This document shows positions 21,045 through 33,000 of a stretch of 64,000 nt of DNA, piece after piece. How positions within the stretch are numbered: position 1 is the stretch's first letter; each line of letters opens with the position of its first letter. The position numbers and the translations under genes are program-made. A model generated the notes under the pieces. The model had not been told where the DNA came from, ran no database searches, and worked only from the letters and a program-made list of their open reading frames with translations. The DNA is from Schmidtea polychroa (taxonomy: Eukaryota), in contig CM097885.1 of NCBI GenBank assembly GCA_044892525.1, forward strand, positions 150,660,001 to 150,724,000. Reading direction: 5' to 3'.

Positions 21045-24000
21045 CTATATACGTGAGCTTGGAGGGCGCTGAGCATTCCAGGCCTCCACCCACTGTTCCT
21101 GCTTGATATTACTTGGTCGTTTTACACGATGTTGAAAATTTCTTATTCTGGCCATTTCTAGTTCTCCGTGATGCCGTCTATCTTTGATTATTTTTATTGT
21201 CCCCCCCGTTATGATTAAAAAGGCCCCTGTTATTATTATGCCGCTGATCCACATCATCTGTTTTATGCTTATAATTTCCGCTTTTTCCTTGCTCGTTATT
21301 GTTGATATTGTTTCTGTGCTTTTTAGATTACCGTCTTTGCCATTTCCTTTCATCATTCCTCGTATTCTTGCTATTTCCTCGTTCATACCTTCCTTTGCCA
21401 TTTTTTGTATTTTCTCCATCTCCTCCTCGGATACATAATTGTCTTGGTGTTTCTCACTGTTTTTCTTGCGTTTTCCTTGCTCATCTTTTTCATCATCGAT
21501 TTTTCTTTTCTTTCCTCTTTTCCCAGGGTATCGTCGACATTCTCTCGCTGTATCTTTTCTCCAGATGCATATTGTGTATTCTTTTGGAGGTTGTTGCTGT
21601 ATTACATATTGTAGACAGTCTTCACCCGGTCTTAATCTTGCGATGCAGACTTTGTGTTCTTTTCTTGGCTGGAGTTGCGTTATCACTACCTCACCTCCTT
21701 TTCCCAGGTGTACCTCCTTCCCTTTGACTTTCGTTATTCTCTTCCCTTCTCGATTTCGGTATGCTTCTTGTATTCTTACTTCCGTTATTGGTTCTGCATC
21801 TTCATTTTTTAACACTAGTCTCTGATAAGCTCTAGACATACATCTTCCTAATATACACCTTTCTTTTAAATCCCATTCTTCTTTTAGATCCCATTGCTGC
21901 TCTTGTACTTGTTTTTTCTTTTCTTGTTTTAGTTCTTCCTCTTTGTTGTCCTTATTTCCCGTTTCTTTGGCTTCTTTTATCGTTCTCATTCCTCCCTGGG
22001 CTGTTATCATTTCCACCATTGTTAGTACGAGTATCATTATCATCATATTTGTCTCCATTTCTTTGTTGGTAAAAAGTAGGCATACCCTCTGTTTTCCACT
22101 ATTCGTCTTTTCTTCTTGCTTCATTCGGTTTCTCGGGTTATTTTCCTCTTTTTCCCTACTCGCGTCGTTATTTTCTTGATTATTCTCCTCTAATTTCTCT
22201 TTCTCTTTATTCCCGTTTCGACCTTTTTCATTATTATCGTCGTCTTTATCGTCTTTATCGTCTTTATCTCCCCCGCTATCGTTTAAAATGTCGTCCTCGA
22301 CATTTATATCATTCAACAATCTGCGGTATGCCGTTAGCACTCTGTTTCTTGCTAATTTTGCTTCGAGTTCGAACTCCTTTCTGCCTGTTGCTACATGTCT
22401 TTTTCTATTCCATTCTTTCACTAATTCTCTTAATTGTATCCGACGATGTTTCCCGATTCGCTTTTGTTCGTTTAGATTCTGCGTGAATTTGAGATCTTCC
22501 CTGTTTAATACGATCATTATGATTTTCGGAGTTCCTCCTTTTGTTAGTGTATTTTTAACCATAGCATTTTCTCCGTTTTCGTAGAACTCATTTATGTTTA
22601 TTGCATATTTATTGCTTTGTGGTATTCTCCATGTTAGCAGCAACTTCATGGCTTCTAAGTTCATCCGTATCGTGTTCCATTGGAACTGTGACGTGTTTTT
22701 ACAGATATTTTCTACCTCAGTTCTTGTAGCATTTTTACAAATGAATCTAATCATTTCCAAGTTTGGTTGTATTGTTGCCCAATCCATGGTAGAATTTCCT
22801 TCGTTTGATATTTCGTCAAGTCTCGAACCTGATTGATGTAGTATATGTAATGTTTTCGGGTGTATATTTGTTATGGCTGCATACATCATTGCTGTTTCCC
22901 CTTGTTCATTTTTTGCATTAGATTCTTCTCCGAAGTCTCTAAGGATTCTTATGATGGTTATTGCTCTGTTTTCTTTTGCAGCTAAAATGGCTTGTTGTAA
23001 TGGTGTTCTTGAGTCTTTTGTTGGTAAGGTGAATGCTAGTGGTATAAATGTTTTTATTTTTCCTATGTCTAGATTTGTGGTCTGATCTCTTGCGTAGGTG
23101 TGTACTGTCTTGGTTATTTTTGCTAGTATCGCTTCATCGGATAGATCTTGCATTTCTTCAAAGAATACTTCTTTAGCCTTACGTACTACTATCTCTTGGT
23201 CGGAGTTTATTGTCTTTGGTTTACTTGTTGTTGCTATATCGGTTATTGGTTGCTCGACCTGTTCCTCAGACTTTCTTGTTTTTACTTTCTTCATTTTTAT
23301 CTTTTTCTTGTTCGAACTGTTAATGCGTTCCTCTGCCGTTAGAACTTGAATAATACTTAGGTAGTTTTCTCGAATGTTGTTCATAGTTTCCATCATATGT
23401 AAAACACTCACGGTGTCCCAAAATTTTACTTGTACTTTATCGGTAAATTGAGATATAGCTTTTTCGAAGTTGGTAATTCGTTTTCTGATTAGTTGTTCGT
23501 CTTTGTGATTTGAGAATTTTATGCCTCGTTGTAGTAGTTGATTTGGAATTTCGAATAGGTGATGTCCTCTCATTGCTTCTCTCATCAAGGTATTTTCTCC
23601 TTTGGTAAATGTTTCGTTTATATCCACCATATAATCGTTTTTTATCGGGTTCCTCCATGCAATTAGTATTCCAGTAATTGTTGTTAATTTCTCTTTGATT
23701 GCAGTAAATAGCCCGTCATACATGTTTCCTATCTCTCTATTATCCTCGTATGATATTAGATCTACTAAGATTATGAAGGCTTCCGTACTTTTCCCTTCGA
23801 TTGCATGATGTAATGCATTTTTCTGGTTGTGATCTTGTGTGGTTATCTTTGACCCAGTTTCGAGTAATGCGATGATAATATCTTTAGCTTTATCCCGATT
23901 GGCTGCTATCATTAGTGGAGTGTAACCTTGGTTGTTTTCTTGATCTGTCGAAATGTTACAATCGCGAAATGCTTCAATTGTTTCTAATATCTGTTCGTTA

Positions 24001-27000
24001 CTACCCACCTTTAAAAGCTTGTGCAGGGGTGTGTCTCCGTAGTGGTCTGTGATCGTGAATAATATAGGCCATTGACTTTTAACTACCCTGAGCAATGGGT
24101 GTGTTCTTTCTCGGTTTGCATAATTTTCGATCATTGTTAGCAGACCTCCCAATATCTCAAAATCTAATCTGTCTTCTGCCCATCCGGGCATTTTAACTTT
24201 TACTTCCTTTATGATTTTCTCGGCTTCTGATGGTTGTAACCCTAATCGATTACCTGTTGGTTCGTTTATTTGCTGTAACATGTTTATTCTATACGTTTGT
24301 GATCTTGTCGTTAGTGTACGTCCTTCTGGCTGACTGGTGGCGGTTTTCGGAATTGGCTTACATCGTGCAACATTTACATATATTGGCCTTGTAAAAGGGT
24401 TGTTCACTAATCGTACTCTTACATTAGTTTCTCCGACGAATAGAATCTCATACGGCCCTTTACCGTTTCGTTGTAATTTTTTGGTGGTTCCTGGAATTAA
24501 TTCTGGTGTTTCAATCATCACCCAATCGCCTGTTTGAAACGTATGCTGTTTGACGTTTTTCTTTCTATCATGTAACTCTTTGTAACTTTCTTGATAAAAT
24601 TTTATATTCAATCCTGCGGTTTCCCAGATTTCCTGCATTCTTTCCTTGAACTTGGTTACATAATCGTCTATTTCCATGTACTGTGATATCGGTGGCTGAT
24701 ATTCTAAATCCATTGGCATATTGCATTCTCTGCCGTACATCAACTTGAACGGACTCATCTTTGTGGACGCGTGAATCGACATTCTGTAAGCCATGAGGCA
24801 TAATTTTATATATTCATCCCAGTCTCGTTGATGACGATCGACATAATTTGATAACATTTGAATCAGTGTTCCATTGAATCTTTCTGTCATACCATTAGTT
24901 TGTGGATGGTACGGTGATGTTCTTAATTTTGCGATCTTGAAGTAGTTGGTGACTTCGCTCATTATTTCGCTCATGAAATTCGTTCCTTGATCCGTCAGTA
25001 TTTGTTTCGGCGTTCCATATCGACAACATATTTCCTCTACTAATATTTTTGCGATTGTTCTTGCTTTCTGATCTGCCATTGCGAATGCTTCGGGAAATTT
25101 TGTCAAATAATCTGTGATTACCAATATATATATATTTCCTCTATCTGATTCTGGTAGTGGACCGACTACGTCCATTGATATCATCGTCATTGGTTCTGCT
25201 GGCACTGGCATTGGCTTTAATGGTGCCTTCCATTTTGTTCCCGTGTTTTTTCTGGTTGCGCAAGTTATGCAATTTTTCACCCATTCCGTTACATCCTCGG
25301 TCAATGTAGGCCAAAAATATTTTTGTTTCATTCGTGCCAACGTCTTTTTAGATGACATATGTCCTCCGAGTCTTCCGTCATGGTATTGTGTTAGTAGATC
25401 TTTACGTCTATTCTCGGGAATGCACATCAGTCTTTTCTCGCCATCCATTATCAATAACCAATCTTTCTCGATAATATATCGATGTCGATGTTTATCCATA
25501 TGCTCCTTCAATTTTTGATCTTTCTCATATACCTCTGCTTTCCCTGTTTTCACATATTCAATGATTTGCTTCAACTCTGTATCCTCTTGTTGGTCTTTCC
25601 GTAATTGGCAAAAATCTAAATCTTCTGCTACCATCAGACATATTCGTTGCATTTCGTGATCTACTAAATCTGGAAAGATAAATCTGGACATACAATCCGC
25701 ATTGGCATTCGCTCTTCCCGCTTTGAATTTTATGAACGGTGAATATTCTTGTAACTGCATTGCCCATCGCATCAATCTACTTGAAGCTTCTTTGTGTTGA
25801 CCAAGCCATACTAATGGTTGATGATCCGTGGTGATACATATTTCGTGTCCCCATAACAAATATCGAAAGTGTTTAATTGCTTGTATGATTGCTAACGCTT
25901 CTCTCTCGGTTACGGAATAGTTTTTCTCGTGTTTTTTAAACGTTCTACTGTAGTATCCAATCACTCTTTCTTTTCCTTCTTCGTCGAGTTGTCCCAATAT
26001 TGCTCCGGCTGCATATCCACTTGCATCTGTTGCTAATAGGAACGGTTTCTTGAAATCAGGATGTACTAGTATTGGGGCTTCAATTAATTTATCTCGCAAT
26101 GTCTCAAACGCTTTTTGTTGTTCTGCACCCCAAATAAATGGAATATCCTTTTTCACTAATTCCTGTATTGGTTTCGCAATACCTGCATAGTTTTTGATGA
26201 ATTTTCGATAATATCCGCATAATCCGAGAAATTCTTGAACTTGGGTGACAGTTTTTGGTGCTGGACATGTTTTTATTTTTTCTAGGTTTCTTGGATCTGG
26301 TTCTTTGCCTTTTGCTGACACTATGTGTCCTAAGAACGTAACTTTTTCTTTTGCCCAATCACATTTGGATGGTTTAAGTTTCAGTTTCCATTGTCGTAAT
26401 CTAACGAACACATTTCTGATATCTTCCAAATGTTGTTCGAATGTTGCTGAATATATTAATAAATCATCAATATATACCATACACTGCTTGATCCCGTGTG
26501 TGACAAAATTCATACATCTCTGGAATGATGCTGGGGCATTGGTCAGTCCGAACGGCATTTTCCTGAATTGGTATAGATCTCGGCCCAATGTGAATGCTGT
26601 TTTCTCTTTGTCTTCCTCCTTGACTTTGATCTGCCAATATCCGCTTTTCAGATCTAAAGATGTAAAATATGCGGCCCCCTGTAACATAAGTAACATCTCA
26701 TTGATGTCTGGTAACGGGTATGTGTCTCTTTTTGTTACTGCATTTAATTTCCGATAATCGATACAGAATCTCTGAGTACCGTCTTTTTTCTTCACCATGA
26801 CTACTGGAAATTGCCATGGCGAACAACTTGGTTCGATCACTTGTGCATCTAGCATTTTTTGTACTTCGGCTTCGGCTATCTCTTTTTGCTTCTCCGCTAG
26901 TTTGTATGGGCGTAGTGCGATTGGAGTTTCGTCTATTAATGGTATTGCGTGTAATGTAACATCGCATGCTCCCAAATCTAAATCCGAAATTGCGAATATA

Positions 27001-30000
27001 TCTTTATATTCTATCAATAATTGTTGAAGTCTCTCCTTTTCTTTTTCCGTTAGCAAGGTGCTATCAATTATCCATAATTCGTCCGCTTTCGTTGTTTCGT
27101 TGGTGATTTTTGGTAATTCGATGTCTATCATGGGTGTCAATCTACCCAATCTTTCATTTTCATATATGATCTTGTCTTCTTCCTCGAAATTTGTGATGTT
27201 AATTGGTATTTCCCCGTCTTCATTTATTGTTATTATTTCTCTTGCTAATGGTAATTCTCGTCGTTTTTCGAATGATTTGCTTGGCTCAAAAATGACTTCT
27301 CCTTCCATTCCTGCATCCACTTTTATTTGACATATCATCTGTGATTTTGCGGGTACAATTATTTTCTCCGGACATCTAATTATTGCGTTCATCTTGCATA
27401 TTCTACCCATTTTGTCTTTTAGACACATTGTTGTTAAATCGATTACTACCTCCTTAAACAATTCCGGCATTAAATCCGTTCCGATTATACATGGTTCACT
27501 CAGTTTGGGTATCACCGCTAGATACGTTTCAATTTCGTTATCCTGATATCGTAACGTAGTCCACCATCTTCCTACTACGTCTACGGTTTCTTTACTGCAT
27601 GCAATAATATGGATAGTTGTTTGTTCGATATCCTTCCAACATTTACTGGGTATTTGGTTTATTGCTATTGCTGATACGTTTGCTCCGGTATCTATCATGG
27701 CGCTTGTCTCTTTCCCGTTGATTTGGATCATGACTGTTACTGCCGCACCTCCTGGTGAACTCATCACTGCTATCGTTCTTACGTCGTCCGCTTGGTCTAC
27801 ACTTTTCGTTCTTCGGGTCGGCATATAGTTCATTCCTGGTTGACTTGGTAACTGTGGATACATATTTTGTGTCATGGTCAAAGCTGTTTGTTGTCCAACG
27901 ATATCTGGTGGTATGTAACTTCCGTTGGCTATCCAGGTATTTGTTTTTTCTTTCTCCCAATATGGTGCTGTTTCTATTGGCTTTTCATTCGGGTTTCTAC
28001 TTGGATATGGGTATTTGTCATTCCCGTTGTCGTCATCATCACTATCGCTGCTGTTTGATCGATTCCTAAATCTGTCTAAGAATTTTGGTTTGTTCTTTTT
28101 CAGTTGCGTCCTTGTTGCTTCATCATACATCGTTTTCCGAAATCGTCTACCGACTTCCTCGTCAGTTCCTTTTATTTTTGTCAGTATTTTGATCAATCGT
28201 TTTATTCTGTGTATGTCTTTAGAATGACCGTGCAACACCATTGTTTTCGCCAAAAATGGTAGAAAGCCTACTATTAATTTCCAATTTACCTTCTTTTCTC
28301 TCTTATAGATATCAAAACACGCTAACATTTGAGTTAATATTACTCTGACGATCTGAATAATTAAGATGATTCCCAATATTCCTGCCATCATTTGACCGAA
28401 CACTAGAAATCTTCCCCACATTGCTTTCATCATGTTTGACGTGGCTTGTTGAAAATGATCAGGTGACAATAATAGTTCGTAATTGGGGCCTGACTGGAAA
28501 TTCGTTCCCCCAGTTATGGTAACCATATTCGATAGAATGGATTCCCGTCTTGCTGGGAATAATACGTTTAATCGTGCCGTTTCTAAATCCTCCGGTGAGT
28601 ACATACCTGCTTTTGACACATCAATTGGTTTGAAATCTTGTTCTGTTGCAAGTTCTATTAGTCCAAACTTTTTAGGTTCTTGTACTTCGGTTTTTACCGG
28701 TAACATTATCCATTTCCCATCGGGTTTTTCATATAACGGTCCGTATGCATTTGAACAGTTAAAGGTGTTCGGGTAAAATCCAATTGGGTTCATTATTCGA
28801 GTGACGGGTTGAACGAATCTGTTTCGCCCTTTGTAACTAATTTCTAACTCGTTTGCACATTTCCCTGGTGGAATTGTGGGCTTTCTTGGCAGTCGCGCAA
28901 ATGTCTTGGTACATGCATATGTATACATTACCTCTCCCACCATTCTACCAAAATGTCCATCCGGTAACGGGAGTGATGGCATTGTGTTATCTGGGTGTGT
29001 TATTGCGATGGCTAATTTTGTTTTTAGTATCTCTTTATTCAATGAACAGTCATTTTGTATAAGATCGTAATACACTTTTTGCATTGTCGTTTGTCCTCGG
29101 TGAAATAAAAAGTCCATTTTGTTATTGGCGTACAGGTACAATTTTACGTCCTCTGTTGCTACCTTTCCCACTGCTCGGTCTATTACTTGCCTGGACATGT
29201 AGATACCTGCGTAGTTCGTCCGGTATACTATGCTGTCACATTTGGTGGTTTCTTTTTCTCTAATGAATCTCATGCCGATATCTGGGTCATCTGTAATTAA
29301 TGCCGTTGGTGTTTTTTGGGTTGTGAGTCTCTTTTCTTTGGGGGATGGCGGAACTGGTTTCCCATTTCGCATCCTTACGTTTCCATTCTCTTCATCGTCA
29401 TCCTCGTTTTCGTAAATTTCTCCTTTTACTTCATTGAATAGAGCACTTTTTAACAATTGGAGTCGGCATTTTTGGGTGTTAGCTTCATATATTATAGTCG
29501 AAATTCCCGTTCTACACACGTTTTCCGTAGCTCTGCATGCTGGGTTGGTTTTCATTTGATAGTTGTTCGCGTCGAATTGTGCTTCGTATTCCTTCAACTC
29601 CACTGTGTAGGACTCAATTACTACTACTCCCGATATCACCTCTCCTCTGATCGTATATGTGCCTCCGTTACATGATCCATCAGTTGATTTTACTCGTCCA
29701 GCGACATAGATACTTTCTGTCTTGATCATTCCGCTTTGTCCGTGTATTGTTACTCCATCCCTGATTCTCATTGCTCCGGTTCTAAAAAGCTCTTTACAGT
29801 CTTCCCGTTGTATAGGTACTATTTCTTTATCTAATCCCGGTAATATAAGGGTTGAATATGAGTATTGTCCACAGTAATATGCCAACACTTTCTTTGATAC
29901 TACACATTCTCTAGCTTGCGTTCTAATGAAATCTGATTCTTGGTATACGTGATAGGAGACTTTCTTCTTTACTATATCTAATTTATTCGGAGACGCCTGT

Positions 30001-33000
30001 CTACATTCCTCTATATCTCTCAGGGAGTATCTTTCTCCTATTATCGAATTGTCACAGTCGTAAATAGTAAATCCCGCGGCTCCACTGGTGCAGAGCATCC
30101 ATATCATCATGGTCATCATTAGTGAATTAATCGACGCTTTTCTGCTGGCTGGGTCTTTCAATGGCAATTCCCATTCTAGCTCATGTAGTAACTTCTTCAA
30201 CCGAATTTGCATTGATCTCTCTTGCTCGTTTTTTCGTGGCGCTTGTATGAGTCTTTTCCACCCACCGGCGCGGATGATATGTGGTTCGATTGTATTTTCA
30301 ATGATTGTGACGGTCATTTCTACATGATTTGCGAATTGTTTGTTAGGTATTTTCCTTGCTGCTAATCCCATCAAATTGTACATTAGATACGTTAATACTA
30401 CTAAATGATGTTCGTCGTCGTTTGCGTTTAAAGTTAATTGTTCAATTACTCTTCTTGTCTCTTCCCAATCGGTTTTAGTGGTTTTTGTCTTCTCTTTGAT
30501 TAATTTCGGAATTATTCCGGATATTGTATTCCATAGTTGTCTGGCGTCTACGCTTGCTACTTTTCGTTGCCATAACCGTCGCAATTGTGGGTTCGTTATT
30601 ATTAGCATATCTTTTACTAGCTCTCGTATCCATTTTTCGCCTCTTTCGATAGTTGGCTGGGCCTCTTTTAGATCCCACACTATTTTATCCAGTTTCTCTA
30701 ATCTGACTTGTCCTTGTTCTTGTTTCAGTTGTTCTCTAGTTTTAAATTCCGGTTTTTCTCCTTGCTTCTTGGGTCTCCCTTTTGCCCGTTTTTCCATCAT
30801 TGTTCCGGCTTCCCTTGTATTTTCATAATTCGGGTTTCTCTCGTTATCCGTTCTTGGCAATGAGCTATCGTTATTTCTTAGCCATTCGTTCCATTCGTCT
30901 ATTATTTTGTCCGTTTGACCTTCTGGTGTTGCTTTCGTTGGTCCTTTCTGTCGTTGGAATTGTTCGTCGGTTTCGGTTTCTGTTGTATTATCGATAATCT
31001 CCTCGATACTCAGCTTATTTGGCTGCTGATAGCTAGTTGACGGTTGGCTTGTTGTCCATATTTCGGCTCCTGTCGGCCATCTTACCAGAATTGGTGATCT
31101 TTCTCCAGCTCCTTCATCGCTGTCTTCCAATATAATTTCCTCGATTTCCTCGGTTTCATTCGTTTTACTTGCCACTTTGTTAGGGCTTGGTGTACTCAAG
31201 CTACCTTTCGTAGGTTTACTGGATTTGTTCTTCCTTTTAATCGGTTTTCCCAATGTTTCTGCCATTGTCAATACATTGATCTCCCCCAATCTCATGGGTG
31301 TTATTCCGACATCTGCATTATCATCCAACGATTTTCCGAATAGTTGTAGGTGAAATGGAGTTTCGTATGCTAATTTCTTTTTTAACTCTCTGATCTTTGT
31401 TGTTGGATGTACTTCTGTATCCTCAATGCTTTTGTCGGGATACTTGACTCGGATACGATACCTTTCCTGGGTATCTTGTGCCCATTCTTGGTTTCTCCAT
31501 TTCCTAATAATTTGTTCTAGCTGTTCTGGGTACCATTCGTTATATTGTCTGTATTCCTCAATCGCTTTCGCCATTTCTCTTAGATTGTGGATATTCTCTG
31601 ATGTCTTTAGGATGATGTTAGCCAATGCTATTACTTGACGTTTTTGATTTTTTGTTCCCGTTGCTAAGATATCACCTAATTGTTTATATCTTTCCTTCTC
31701 TTCTCGTTCTCGAGCTTCCATCGCTTCTTCGCTATCCATATCGGCATATTCGCGTTCTTTCTTTCTCATCGCATGAATATGTCTGGTTTCCGTTTCACTT
31801 TCTGATGTAACATCCGTTTCGCTTCCGTCGTCCGATGTCGATTCTATTTCGTCCTCTTCGTATTTTGGAGGTTCATCTTCCTCTTCTTCTGATTCACTTT
31901 CTATCTCACTAATGTCTGTTTCCACGAAAATCCCTTTCCTGATTTTCCATTCTTTGTTTTCCGCATTCCACGTCCTTTCCCATGGGGTTCGTCTGCAGGA
32001 TCTCACACTTAGTTTCTTTATTTTTCCTTGAAGCTCTTTTTCTTTTAACCACTGTTGATGAATTTCAATTATCTCTACTGATTTTTGATATAGCGTTTTC
32101 ATCCTGTCTCGTATTTCTTTCTGGTATGTTATATCTCTTGTTCGGAATTCGTCCATGGGCAATATTCTGATGATTTGATGATTATCCCACATTCCCATTT
32201 CGCTTAGCGAGGTGTCGTCTTCGGCCCGTAATATTATTTTATCGTACATCATGACTACGTCATCTATCATCCCGTCGCTACTCTCGCTTCGTACTTTTTC
32301 CGTTATCTCTTGGTTTATCTTGGTTACTAAGTCATCTACCGTACTCTGATTACTCATCTTTATTCGTCGTTTCTCCTCGTTTGGTAACCATATGGTTATT
32401 TCTAATTTCTGCGGTTGCGTTTCTTTCAACCTGCCATATTTGTGGATCAAATTTATGGTTCTCCAATCGCTCATCCTGAGCAATTCTGTATCTCGTAATC
32501 GGCTCATTAGTTCATGCATGTCTGGAGTTCGTCTTGCTATGAGTAAATCCCAGTTATCTTCGACTTGTTCTTGAATTTGTTTGATTAATTTATCTAGATT
32601 TCGTCGCAAGGTGCATTGTTTTATTTGTTCCAGCTTCAGCTTGATGCTAAAATCGTACTCGGCCTTTGCGTCTTTAGCCCATTCGTGAATATTTGCTGGT
32701 TGTTTCTCTTTATACAATTTCAATATTTGAGTTTCTCCTGGCCAGATCAATGCATCTATTAGGTGCATGTCTGGTTTGATTTGTTCTCCTTGATGTTGAT
32801 ACAGATATTCTTTCTTTCTCGAGCTGCCCAAATGTTCTCTTATCCAATCGAAAAGGTCGTCTGTGACTGCATTTTTTATCCATATTCTCTCGAGTCCTTT
32901 ACTCGTTCCGATTTTTATTACATAGCGTGTTGTCTCCGCTTGTTTCATTTTTTCCATATACTTCTTTATTATCACTTTTTCCTCGTTTGGTATTAGGTCT

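Noticed and set aside
27130-27385. dUTPase-like beta-rich segment between protease and RT
   Set aside because: None of the five dUTPase catalytic motifs is recognisable. Similar linkers are common in gypsy Pol, so it was not called as an enzyme.
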